The notes: generated by a model not told the origin, from the letters alone. A DNA stretch of 35,235 bases from Patescibacteria group bacterium (GCA_038061075.1 JBBUAA010000083.1:1-35235); one strand, 5' to 3'; positions 23,462 to 32,229 are shown, counted from the first letter of the stretch. Numbers and translations: made by a program.

Positions 23462-24907
23462 ATGCGGTACGTCTCGACCCGCGGCGGGGGTACGCCGAAG
23501 GCGTTCTTGGATATCCTGCTCGAAGGATTGGCCGCCGACGGTGGTTTGTACGTGCCGGAAGAGTATCCGCAGGTGACACCTCAAGAATTGGAGAAGATGC
23601 GCGAGATGAGCTATTCGGAACTCGCGTTCGCCATCCTCTCGAAATTCATTGACGATATTCCCGCTGCCGATTTGCGAAAGATAGTCAACGAAACATATAC
23701 GAAAGATATGTTCGGAAGTGATGACATCGTTCCTCTCAAGACACTCGAAGAGGGGCTCTACATTCTCGGCCTTTCCGAGGGTCCGACGCTCGCGTTCAAG
23801 GACATTGCACTGCAGTTGCTCGGTCGCTTGTTCGAGTATGCCCTCGAGAAAAATGGCGACACACTCACTATCTTCGGAGCGACTTCGGGCGACACGGGCT
23901 CGGCGGCGGAATACGCACTGCGGGGGAGAAAGGGGGTGCGCGTCTTTATGCTCTCGCCACATGGCCGTATGAGCGATTTCCAGAGGAAGCAGATGTATAC
24001 GCTCCAAGAGCCGAATATTTTCAACATCGCCGTTCGCGGCACCTTTGATGACTGTCAAGACATCGTGAAGCAGATGAACGCCGACGCGGAATTCAAAAAG
24101 AAGTACAAGCTCGGCGCGGTCAATTCGATAAACTGGGCGCGCATCGCGGCGCAGACGGTCTACTATTTCTACGGGTATTTCAGGGCCACGGCGTCGAACA
24201 AAGAACACGTGTCGTTCGCGGTGCCGACTGGGAATTTCGGCGACATCCTCGCAGGGTACATCGCGAAGCGCATGGGCTTGCCGGTGAAGGACCTCATCGT
24301 CGCGACCAACGAGAACAACGTGCTTGAAGAATTTTTTCGCACGGGCGTCTATCGCCCGCGAAAGGGAAGTGAAGTGGCCGCCACATCGTCCCCCTCGATG
24401 GATATATCAAAGGCGTCCAATTTCGAGCGATATGTGTTCGATCTGGTGGGGCGCGATAATGTACGGATGAACGAGCTCTGGACGGCCCTCAAAGAAAAAG
24501 GTGCGTTCGAAATATCCAAAGAGGAATTCGCGCGCCTGACGAGCGACGGATTTGTTGCCGGCTCAAGCACGCATGCCGACCGTCTCGATACCATCCGCTC
24601 CATACATGAAAAGTACGGCGTGCTTATCGACCCGCATACCGCCGACGGCGTGACGACGGGCCTTCGCCTTCGGGGAACCCACAAGTCAGACTTGTGGGTC
24701 GAGACGCTCATCTGTCTCGAGACAGCACAACCCGCGAAATTCGCCGCGACTATCCTTGAGGCCGTTGGTCGCGAGCCGGAATATCCCGCCCCGCCATCGG
24801 CGGGGCCCGCGAGCTACAAGAGCCTTACGTCACTTCCGGAGCGGTTCGAGGTGTTTGATGCGGATGTAAAATCCCTCAAAGCCTACATCGCCGCCCACGC
24901 TGCGTAG
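23462..24907 (+). CDS. thrC: Threonine synthase (long class)
   Basis: MRYVSTRGG..., GPTLAFKDIALQ (PLP lysine motif), TSGDTGSAA. Start at ATG 23462. The 23123 extension overlaps the GNAT gene. Confidence 0.9.
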   Translation: MRYVSTRGGGTPKAFLDILLEGLAADGGLYVPEEYPQVTPQELEKMREMSYSELAFAILSKFIDDIPAADLRKIVNETYTKDMFGSDDIVPLKTLEEGLYILGLSEGPTLAFKDIALQLLGRLFEYALEKNGDTLTIFGATSGDTGSAAEYALRGRKGVRVFMLSPHGRMSDFQRKQMYTLQEPNIFNIAVRGTFDDCQDIVKQMNADAEFKKKYKLGAVNSINWARIAAQTVYYFYGYFRATASNKEHVSFAVPTGNFGDILAGYIAKRMGLPVKDLIVATNENNVLEEFFRTGVYRPRKGSEVAATSSPSMDISKASNFERYVFDLVGRDNVRMNELWTALKEKGAFEISKEEFARLTSDGFVAGSSTHADRLDTIRSIHEKYGVLIDPHTADGVTTGLRLRGTHKSDLWVETLICLETAQPAKFAATILEAVGREPEYPAPPSAGPASYKSLTSLPERFEVFDADVKSLKAYIAAHAA

Positions 24908-24978
24908 CCTTGCATCTTTTAATACGCGGTGGGAGACTGTGAGTTCTTAGCAGTCATAAATAGTATGTATTGAATAGT

Positions 24979-25506
24979 ATGCCAGATGGAAACACGCCCG
25001 CCGCATCGGGCTCGGGCAACATGCGGTGGTACATTATCGGCGGTATCGCTCTTCTTCTCATCGGAGGATGGCTTCTCACGGGTGGCGCCGCCAAACTCAC
25101 AGGAGGAGCGCAGGGAGTCGATGTAGACCGCAACGCGGACGGCTCGACGACCTACCAGAACGACGAGGGAAGTGTGACGGTCGGCACGAGTGCGAGCATG
25201 CCTGCCAATTGGCCTTCGGATGCTCCCGCCAATTATTCAGGCGCGGCTATCGTCTACTCGGGGACTTCGAATCCGCAGACGGGCCAACAGGGCTCCGCGG
25301 TCTCGTACACGGCAGAAGCTTCGGTCCAGAGTGTCGTTGATTTTTACCAGTCACAGCTTGCCGCCGGAGGATGGACGGTAAATGCGACGGCGAACGTGGG
25401 TGGCGCGACCGTCATCTCCGCGACGAAGGATACACGCACATTCGGCGCGTACGTCGTCGACACGGGAGGAGGCACTGTTACCGTGACGGCGGGGATAGAG
25501 CTCTAG
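24979..25506 (+). CDS. Hypothetical membrane-anchored exported protein
   Basis: N-terminal TM WYIIGGIALLLIGGWLL followed by a Gly/Thr/Ser-rich ectodomain. Family unknown. Confidence 0.55.
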   Translation: MPDGNTPAASGSGNMRWYIIGGIALLLIGGWLLTGGAAKLTGGAQGVDVDRNADGSTTYQNDEGSVTVGTSASMPANWPSDAPANYSGAAIVYSGTSNPQTGQQGSAVSYTAEASVQSVVDFYQSQLAAGGWTVNATANVGGATVISATKDTRTFGAYVVDTGGGTVTVTAGIEL

Positions 25507-25646
25507 AGCGGTCTAAAAACTCCGTCTGCTTCGTTGCGGAGCCTCTGCGTGCTCGTCGCCGTATAGTCATACGTCTCCTCGCCCGCCTCTCCGCGCCTCG
25601 CATACGAAGTTTTTAAACACGCTCTAAGTGTTTTCTTTCACGCGAC

Positions 25647-25676
25647 AAAAAGCCCGCGTCTGACGCGGGCTTTTTG
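25647..25676. terminator. Bidirectional intrinsic terminator
   Basis: AAAA-AGCCCGCG-tctga-CGCGGGCT-TTTT. Confidence 0.65.
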
Positions 25677-25707
25677 TATTGCGCATCGCACGTGATACGC
25701 TGTGCCG

Positions 25708-26397
25708 GTGAATCGAACCATTGGATACATCCTCGCGCTCGTTGTGCTCGTCGGCCTTGCCTACGCAATATATACCTACGTCCCCAAAGCGCCGCCGCTA
25801 CAGGCGGTGAACGCGGGGGAGCAACAGCAGGACGGGACGGAACTGAAAGTGGAGACGGTATCTGAAGACACCGACACGTATCTCATAGATGTACGCTATC
25901 CGCAATTCGGCATCCCGCTCGTCGACGCGAAAATAAAAGCAGTCGTCGAAAACGCCGTCGCGGCCTTCAAAGGCTATCCCGCCAATCCTCCCGATTCGGC
26001 GGTGCCGAAAAATGAATTCACCGGTTCGTTCAGTTCGACGTACGTCGGGGCAGATGTCGTCAGCGTCGCGCTCACCATCTCGGAGTACACGGGCGGCGCG
26101 CATCCCAACACGGTGATTATCGGCGTGAATGTGGACAGAAAGACGGGCGAGGACGTCACGCTCGATACGGTGCTCGCGATGATAGGGAAGACCCTGCCGG
26201 AAGTCTCCGCCGAATCACTCGTCCAGCTCAAGGCGGATATCGGTGAGGACCTGATATTCCCCGAAGGGGCGGAATCGAAGCCGGAGAACTACAGCACATT
26301 CACTGTGAGCAAAGACAAGGTCACCTTTATTTTCAACAACTACCAAGTCGCGCCCTACTCCGCCGGCCCGCAGTCGGTGGAGTTTGCGAGGAAGTGA
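25708..26397 (+). CDS. DUF4163/DUF3298-like (RsiV/PdaC-type) membrane-anchored protein
   Basis: N-terminal TM, ...YPQFG..., EYTGGAHPN motif typical of DUF3298. GTG 25708 preferred over GTG 25702. Confidence 0.65.
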   Translation: MNRTIGYILALVVLVGLAYAIYTYVPKAPPLQAVNAGEQQQDGTELKVETVSEDTDTYLIDVRYPQFGIPLVDAKIKAVVENAVAAFKGYPANPPDSAVPKNEFTGSFSSTYVGADVVSVALTISEYTGGAHPNTVIIGVNVDRKTGEDVTLDTVLAMIGKTLPEVSAESLVQLKADIGEDLIFPEGAESKPENYSTFTVSKDKVTFIFNNYQVAPYSAGPQSVEFARK

Positions 26398-26409
26398 CAA
26401 TAATATACA

Positions 26410-26592
26410 ATGGCTGATATGGTCCGAAAAAAGACACAGAAAGTAAAAAAAGGGTATTCTTCGGAAGAGCTACGCGTGCACATGCACGCTTACATCAAGG
26501 CATCGGCGGAGCGCCTTAGGAAGGATCTGCGAGAGGTATGGAAGAAGCGGGCGTCAGAGAGACGGAACTCTCGCCATGAAATTACGGTATAA
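26410..26592 (+). CDS. Small basic protein, possible antitoxin
   Basis: 60 aa. Overlaps the next ORF by 17 nt. Lies in the lower-GC block. Confidence 0.35.
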   Translation: MADMVRKKTQKVKKGYSSEELRVHMHAYIKASAERLRKDLREVWKKRASERRNSRHEITV

Positions 26593-26926
26593 AAATGCAG
26601 CGACAGTTGATTTGGAGAACTTCGTGAATCGCTACCGAGAAGCATTCTGTGTACTGTACAGTGATACTGGGTTGTGGAACGAGAATCTTATTATTGCCGG
26701 TTACGAGCGTAGCGCGACACACCTCCATGATGAAATTGATGGAGCAATACGATCACGACTTGATGAGCGTACCGTTATTGGGCGGAAACAAATCACCGGC
26801 GATTGGTCCGAGGTCACCGTTTCCGTCGGCACGCGACAAATATTCGTCCTCTATTCCGAAGACAAAAAGCAGAATATTCGCTGGGTCGAATCAATCTCTA
26901 TCGACCGCAAGCCGATTATTTTTTGA
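26576..26926 (+). CDS. ParE/RelE-like toxin candidate
   Basis: 116 aa. N-terminal ...AATVDLENFVNRY... and C-terminal ...RQIFVLYSEDKKQNIRWVESI... loosely fit the ParE pattern. Confidence 0.4.
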   Translation: MKLRYKNAATVDLENFVNRYREAFCVLYSDTGLWNENLIIAGYERSATHLHDEIDGAIRSRLDERTVIGRKQITGDWSEVTVSVGTRQIFVLYSEDKKQNIRWVESISIDRKPIIF

Positions 26927-26938
26927 TAGAATGGTGCT

Positions 26939-27265
26939 ATGAAGCTCGGTATCATTTTACAATCCAACAAGCCGGAGCATGTCTGGAATACATTTCGTTT
27001 GGGGCTTACGTCCCTTAAGACGGGTCATGCGGTTGAAGTTTTTTTGATGAGTGAAGGGTCAGAACTCGATTCTATTCCAGACAGTAAGGATTTTGATATT
27101 TCCGTGAAGGTAACGGAGTTCAAAGAGCTGAAGGGGCAAATCTACGCATGCGAAAGCTGCCTGAAAGTGCGGGGCAAGAGCGAAAGCAAAGTGTGTCCCG
27201 TCTCCACGATGTCAGACTTGTTAAAAATGGTCGAGAGTTCGGATAAGGTTCTAGTATTTGGCTAA
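26939..27265 (+). CDS. DsrE/DsrF-like family protein
   Basis: 108 aa. MKLGIILQS...FRLGL...GHAVEVFLMSEGS..., ACESC. TAGAAT lies 6 nt upstream of the ATG. Confidence 0.55.
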   Translation: MKLGIILQSNKPEHVWNTFRLGLTSLKTGHAVEVFLMSEGSELDSIPDSKDFDISVKVTEFKELKGQIYACESCLKVRGKSESKVCPVSTMSDLLKMVESSDKVLVFG

Positions 27266-27275
27266 CACACATACC

Positions 27276-27965
27276 ATGAAAAAAATCATTTTCACAATTT
27301 TTGCGGTGATGATCACGGGGTCGTTTGCTACAAACGCAGACGCTCAAATGATGGGCGGGTTTTCTAACTCCGGCGCCGATTGGGAAAAGGTAGTTGAGCA
27401 TACACTCCGAGAAGAAAAAGAAGGTGGGGAACTTTGGAGCAAGCTACAAGCAAAAGAGGTTACTTGCGAAGATTTGAGCAATGAGCAGTTCGGAGTTCTC
27501 GGCGAGTATTTCATGGGTCAGATGTCCGGTGATTCTCATGCCGCGATGAATGCGATGATGATTCAGGCACACGGCGAAGATGGAGAGGAACAGATTCATA
27601 TCGTCATGGGCAAGCGACTTTCGGGTTGCGATACCTCGGCGGCATTTCCGGCAATAAGCGGCGGTTGGATGCCGATGATGAACATGATGTGGGGAGGATG
27701 GTCGTCTCCGTTTAATGGTGATAACTCAATAAACAATATGATGGACTTTGGATTCGGGCCTTTCGGCGGTTTTGGGTGGATTTTTATGATCCTCTGGTGG
27801 GTCTTGCTAATCGCTGGCATCGTCGCACTGATTAAATGGCTTACCAGTCAATTTCGCGGTACCAACACCCAGGAAAAATCTGCACTCGATGTCTTGAAAG
27901 AGAGATATGCAAAAGGTGAAATAGACAAAAAAGAATTTGAAGAGAAGAAAAGAGATTTGGCCTAA
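27276..27965 (+). CDS. Met/His-rich membrane protein with a C-terminal SHOCT domain
   Basis: Signal-like MKKIIFTIFAVMITGSFA, Met-rich stretches (GGWMPMMNMMWGGW), one TM, then LDVLKERYAKGEIDKKEFEEKKRDL (SHOCT pattern). Confidence 0.65.
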   Translation: MKKIIFTIFAVMITGSFATNADAQMMGGFSNSGADWEKVVEHTLREEKEGGELWSKLQAKEVTCEDLSNEQFGVLGEYFMGQMSGDSHAAMNAMMIQAHGEDGEEQIHIVMGKRLSGCDTSAAFPAISGGWMPMMNMMWGGWSSPFNGDNSINNMMDFGFGPFGGFGWIFMILWWVLLIAGIVALIKWLTSQFRGTNTQEKSALDVLKERYAKGEIDKKEFEEKKRDLA

Positions 27966-27994
27966 CAAACCAACCCAAAGCGCAAACAGAAAAT

Positions 27995-28024
27995 CCCTCG
28001 AAATTCACGTTCGAGGGTTTCTAT
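27995..28024. terminator. Bidirectional terminator between the SHOCT gene and ssrA
   Basis: CCCTCGAA-attcacg-TTCGAGGG flanked by an A-run and a T-rich run. Confidence 0.6.
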
Positions 28025-28045
28025 TCTTCTATGTCGTTCTATGTC

Positions 28046-28448
28046 GGTGGAGGTGTCGGGTATCGGACCCGAGTCCAGAGAAAGATGATATGCACGTGTC
28101 TACGAAGCGTAGGTCATCTTGGTGAGACCGGGGTCTCATTTCAGATACGCATGTGTGAGATGAACAGAATCATGCGCAGCCTAGTCCCGTTCTCTTAGAT
28201 GCGGAGGGGACACTCGTGCATCAGTGCTTGAATTTTTTTACGCCCGGTCAACTCATATCAAGCATGGAGCTGACGGACGGCGCTTAGGCTACGAGAGCGT
28301 AAGCGGGCTGCAAGTCCTTCATCTGAATAGGTGAAAGAATTGCCCGTGCTACTTTGTTCGCACTTGGAATTTGAGCGGGTTTGGAGAGTCGCTCACTCTC
28401 GCAACGCGCATGCATAGACCGATTTCCCTGTCGAAGCCAGTCACCCCC
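28046..28448 (-). ncRNA. ssrA: tmRNA (transfer-messenger RNA)
   Basis: Minus strand starts GGGGGTGACTGGCTTCGACAGGGA. It ends ...TGGACTCGGGTCCGATACCCGACACCTCCACC, giving a T-arm TCGGG/CCCGA and acceptor GGGGGTG/CACCTCC with a G3:U pair. The internal tag frame ends ...QPAYALVA-TAA (stop at 28284-28286). Adjacent to smpB. Confidence 0.9.
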
Positions 28449-28571
28449 CATGTGGGATGCAGTGCATCCCACATGGGGACCGGCTGATTCCTTCGACTAT
28501 GTGTGCGCCAAGGGCGCACAAATGTTTGGAGAAACCACGTCAAAAAATGAGTATACATTTTTTGACGCAAA

Positions 28572-29015
28572 CTATTTAGTTTTCAAAGTACGTTCGATCC
28601 GTCTATCCTCCTCGCGCTTCCGGATAGTATGACGTCTGTCTTCCTTTTTCTTTCCGCGCGCGATGGCAATCGAGAGTTTCAACCGTCGCCCTTCATTGTA
28701 CACCTTAAGTGGCACGATTGTCAATCCCTTTTCGCCCTCCGCGCTCGCCACATGGGCTATTTCTTTCTGCGAGAGGAGGAGCCGCCGCGAACGTTCGGGG
28801 TCGTAGGATTTCGGCGCATTGGCTATTTGCCACGCGGGGATGGAGGCACCCACCAAGTACGCCTCGCCGCCCCGCGCGACCACCCGCGCTCCCTTCAGGG
28901 AGCCCCGCCCCGCGCGGAGCGATTTCACTTCGAATCCGAGCAACTCGAGTCCCGCCTCGATCTCCTCAAGGATGGTGTAGTCGAGCCCGACCTTTTTATT
29001 TTCTACCAATGCCAT
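28572..29015 (-). CDS. smpB: SsrA-binding protein SmpB
   Basis: 147 aa. ENKKVGLDYTILEEIEAGLELLGFEVKS..., LLLSQKEI. TATAGT lies 6 nt upstream of the ATG. Confidence 0.93.
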   Translation of the reverse strand: MALVENKKVGLDYTILEEIEAGLELLGFEVKSLRAGRGSLKGARVVARGGEAYLVGASIPAWQIANAPKSYDPERSRRLLLSQKEIAHVASAEGEKGLTIVPLKVYNEGRRLKLSIAIARGKKKEDRRHTIRKREEDRRIERTLKTK

Positions 29016-29128
29016 CTGAACACTATAGCGTGCATCCCCTGAAAGCTGAAAGCTGGCAGCTAAAAGCTATTTCGGTATAATCGCTACGCTCATATATCCT
29101 GCGCTCGCTCGGAAGCGAGAGTGAACTC

Positions 29129-29157
29129 TCGCTTCCCTCGCTTCCCTCGGCTATAAT
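29129..29157 (+). promoter_or_regulatory. Conserved 29-nt promoter module TCGCTTCCCTCGCTTCCCTCGGCTATAAT
   Basis: 27/29 identical to 8681-8709. TATAAT (29152-29157) ends 8 nt before the ftsH ATG. Overlaps an 11-bp-stem hairpin GGAAGCGAGAG/CTCTCGCTTCC at about 29111-29136. Confidence 0.55.
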
Positions 29158-29165
29158 GCACAGTC

Positions 29166-31103
29166 ATGGCAAATCCTGAAAAACAGCCGCCGCGCAAGGG
29201 GCGCGGGGGAGGCAGTGTGCCCCCCGTCTCGGGAGGCCCTTCGATCTGGGTGCAATTGGCGATGGCGTTCGCCATCTTTCTCGCGCTTTCCGCGGGGTAC
29301 TCGCTCGTGCGCCAATACATCACCACGGAGGACGAGACCGTGCCGCTCTCGCAGATAGCAGCCGACATCAATGAGGGCAAGATCGCTTCGATAACGGTCG
29401 GGGGCGATTCCATCACCGCGACGTACACGGACGAGAGCGTGAAAAAATCGCGCAAAGAAGTCGAAGCTTCGCTCACGGAGACGCTCGCCAATTACGATAT
29501 CGCTTCGGAGAGGATCAACGCGGTGAAGATCGAGATAGAGGATGAGGGGGGAGCGCGCTTCTGGTTTTTGACGCTCGCGCCGCTCTTAGTGCCGGTCTTG
29601 CTCCTCTTCGGCATCATCTGGTATCTCTCGCGGCAGATGAAAGGTGCGGGCATGCAGGCATTCACCTTCGGTAAATCGATGGCGCGGCTCATCTCGCCGG
29701 AGGACCAGCTGCAAAAGGTCACCTTTGCGGATGTCGCGGGCGCGAAGGAGGCGAAACAAGAACTCCTCGAAATCGTCGACTTCCTGAAGAATCCCAAGAA
29801 ATTCATCCAGATAGGCGCGCGCATTCCGAAAGGTGTCTTGCTGATGGGCGCGGCGGGGACGGGGAAGACCTTGCTCGCGCGCGCGGTCGCGGGTGAAGCG
29901 GGCGTACCCTTCTTCTCGATATCGGGTTCTGAATTCGTCGAGATGTTCGTCGGCGTCGGCGCTTCGCGCGTGCGCGACCTTTTCCAGACGGCCAAGAAAG
30001 CCGCGCCCGCGATAGTCTTTGTCGACGAGATAGACGCGGTGGGGCGCGTGCGCGGGAGCGGGGTGGGCGGCGGCAACGATGAGCGCGAGCAGACCCTCAA
30101 TCAGATACTCGTCGAGATGGACGGCTTCGAGCCCAATGAAAAAGTCATCGTCATGGCGGCGACCAACCGCCCCGACGTGCTCGACCCCGCGCTTGTGCGG
30201 CCGGGCCGCTTCGACCGCCGCGTCGTCATCGATTTGCCCGACCGCAAAGACCGCGAGGATATTTTGAAAGTGCACGCGCGTCAGAAGCCGCTCGGTCCCG
30301 ACATACAGCTCGCCGTCATCGCGGAGAGGACGCCGGGGTTCTCGGGCGCAGACCTCGCAAATCTTATGAACGAAGCCGCCATACTTGCCGCGCGTGAAGA
30401 CCGCAAAGAAATCGCGCAGTACGACCTCATCCGCTCGATAGAAAAAGTGATGCTCGGGCCCGAACGCCAGAGCCACATCCTCAACAAAAAAGAGAAGGAG
30501 ATCACCGCATACCACGAAGCGGGCCACGCGCTCGTCTCATCGGTCTTGCCGTATGCCGATCCCGTACACAAGGTCTCCATCATCTCGCGCGGCCGCGCGG
30601 CGGGCTACACGCTCAAATTGCCTTTCGAAGACCGCAAGATGCAGTCGCGCAAAGAATTCCTCGACGACATCGCGGTCAGTCTCGGCGGCTACATCGCCGA
30701 GAAGATGATATTCGACGACATCACGACCGGCGCATCCAACGACCTGCAGGTACTGACCGCGCTCGCGCGCGACATGGTCACGCGCTACGGCATGTCGGAC
30801 AAAATGGGGCCCATTGCATTCGATGCGGCGCTAGGGAAGGCGATGTTCGGGCAGGGCGTGGAAGGCGGCGAGCAATCCGAAGAAGTCGCGGGGCAGATAG
30901 ATGCGGAGGTCAAGAAAATAATCGAAGGCGCGCACAAGAGGGCGGAAGGCGTGATACGGAAGCACCGCAAGGTCTTGGACGCGATTGCGCAGAGATTGGT
31001 GGAAGTGGAAACGCTTGAGCGCGACGAATTCGAGAAAATCCTCATCGCCAACGGCGTCACGCCCAAAAAGAAGGAAGACATCGAACACGCTCCGTTGGCG
31101 TAG
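29166..31103 (+). CDS. ftsH: ATP-dependent zinc metalloprotease FtsH
   Basis: 645 aa. Two N-terminal TMs, GAAGTGKT Walker [10 protein letters not shown] Walker B, HEAGHA zinc motif. Confidence 0.97.
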   Translation: MANPEKQPPRKGRGGGSVPPVSGGPSIWVQLAMAFAIFLALSAGYSLVRQYITTEDETVPLSQIAADINEGKIASITVGGDSITATYTDESVKKSRKEVEASLTETLANYDIASERINAVKIEIEDEGGARFWFLTLAPLLVPVLLLFGIIWYLSRQMKGAGMQAFTFGKSMARLISPEDQLQKVTFADVAGAKEAKQELLEIVDFLKNPKKFIQIGARIPKGVLLMGAAGTGKTLLARAVAGEAGVPFFSISGSEFVEMFVGVGASRVRDLFQTAKKAAPAIVFVDEIDAVGRVRGSGVGGGNDEREQTLNQILVEMDGFEPNEKVIVMAATNRPDVLDPALVRPGRFDRRVVIDLPDRKDREDILKVHARQKPLGPDIQLAVIAERTPGFSGADLANLMNEAAILAAREDRKEIAQYDLIRSIEKVMLGPERQSHILNKKEKEITAYHEAGHALVSSVLPYADPVHKVSIISRGRAAGYTLKLPFEDRKMQSRKEFLDDIAVSLGGYIAEKMIFDDITTGASNDLQVLTALARDMVTRYGMSDKMGPIAFDAALGKAMFGQGVEGGEQSEEVAGQIDAEVKKIIEGAHKRAEGVIRKHRKVLDAIAQRLVEVETLERDEFEKILIANGVTPKKKEDIEHAPLA

Positions 31104-32222
31104 CTAGTTTTGTATTTGCCAGTGAATGGTCTCGCTGCCGGAGCCGTGTACCGTGTTGCAGATGGGCCACACCTTGTCGCCTTCGTCGGTCACGACGGGC
31201 TCGGTCACCTGCCAATCTTTTTTCATCAGCGTAATTGTTTTGCTGCTCGGTTCGAGTCCGTAGAAGCGCGGGCCGTTGACGGAGAGAAAGTTCTCAAGTT
31301 TGTCGAGTGCACCGAGCTCTTCAAACACTTGTGTGTAGAGTTCGACCGCGGCCGGCGCACTGAAAATACCGAACGCGCCGGTAGGAGAAAGTTTTTTTGC
31401 TTCAGGATGCGGGGCGGAATCCGTTCCCGCGAAAACGAACGGCAGGCCTTTCGCAACGAGCGCTCGCACCGCATTCTTACTTTTCTCATCCTTGATCAAA
31501 GGCTTCACCTTGAGGAGGGGATTGGATTCCGCCTCATGTCTCCCGTAGAGCAGGTGATGCGGCGTGACGGTGGCGACGAGCCGCCCCGCCTCGCCGTTCT
31601 TCTCGATGAACGCAGCCGCATTCTCCGAGCTTAGGTGTTCAAGCGAAACTTTGAGCTTCGGATACGTGTCCAGTAGCCGCGGCAGGACGTCGGTGATGAA
31701 AAGCCGCTCGCCGTCGTACGGGTCCTCTTCCTCGTCGTCCTCATTCAAATGCACTTCGCCGTGAAGCAGGAGCGGCATGCCGACTTCCTCCATTTTTTTC
31801 AACACGTTCGCCGCTTCAAGAATACTGCGATACCCCCACTGCGAATTGGTCGTCGCACCGTACGGATAGGATTTCACGGCGGATATTTTGCACACATCAC
31901 CCGCGATGCCTTTCTCTATTTCGGCGGGCGTCAGGTTCTTTGTAAGATACAAAGTCATCAACGGCTCAAATCCCGAAACCCGTAAGGCGTCGCCTTGCGG
32001 GTTTCGGGATTCTGCGGAGGTTAAACCTCCACACGCGGCGAGGATCTCTTTTTTGTACTCCGCCGCTTGCTCCACCGTCTCTATCGGCGGTTCGGTATTG
32101 GGCATGATGATGGCGCGCCCGAATTCCGCCGCCGTAAGGGGCGTCACCGCCCGCAACATTGCCCCGCGGCGCAGATGCACGTGCGCATCAAAGGGTTTTT
32201 TAAGGGTGATAGTTTTCGACAT
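31104..32222 (-). CDS. pyrC: Dihydroorotase (E. coli PyrC-like class) carrying a 20-codon palindromic insertion
   Basis: DAHVHLR..., IMPNT, LHGEV, AGTDSAPH metal-ligand motifs. TATACT lies 7 nt upstream of the ATG. Confidence 0.9.
   Translation of the reverse strand: MSKTITLKKPFDAHVHLRRGAMLRAVTPLTAAEFGRAIIMPNTEPPIETVEQAAEYKKEILAACGGLTSAESRNPQGDALRVSGFEPLMTLYLTKNLTPAEIEKGIAGDVCKISAVKSYPYGATTNSQWGYRSILEAANVLKKMEEVGMPLLLHGEVHLNEDDEEEDPYDGERLFITDVLPRLLDTYPKLKVSLEHLSSENAAAFIEKNGEAGRLVATVTPHHLLYGRHEAESNPLLKVKPLIKDEKSKNAVRALVAKGLPFVFAGTDSAPHPEAKKLSPTGAFGIFSAPAAVELYTQVFEELGALDKLENFLSVNGPRFYGLEPSSKTITLMKKDWQVTEPVVTDEGDKVWPICNTVHGSGSETIHWQIQN
31971..32030. repeat. Composite palindromic element inside pyrC (39-nt palindrome plus GGAGGT-TAA-ACCTCC)
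   Basis: 31971-32009 is TCCCGAAACCCGTAAGGCG-T-CGCCTTGCGGGTTTCGGGA (19-bp arms, one mismatch). 32016-32030 is GGAGGTTAAACCTCC. Together they are exactly codons 65-84 (GGLTSAESRNPQGDALRVSG). Confidence 0.85.
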
Positions 32223-32229
32223 CCCCGCA

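Noticed and set aside
28284-28632. ORFs 28284-28472(-), 28349-28570(-) and 28381-28632(+)
   Set aside because: They lie within or over the tmRNA gene and its palindromic leader. The first is simply the tmRNA tag frame extended upstream. The mirrored PMWDA.HPTWG peptides reflect the 15-bp palindrome.
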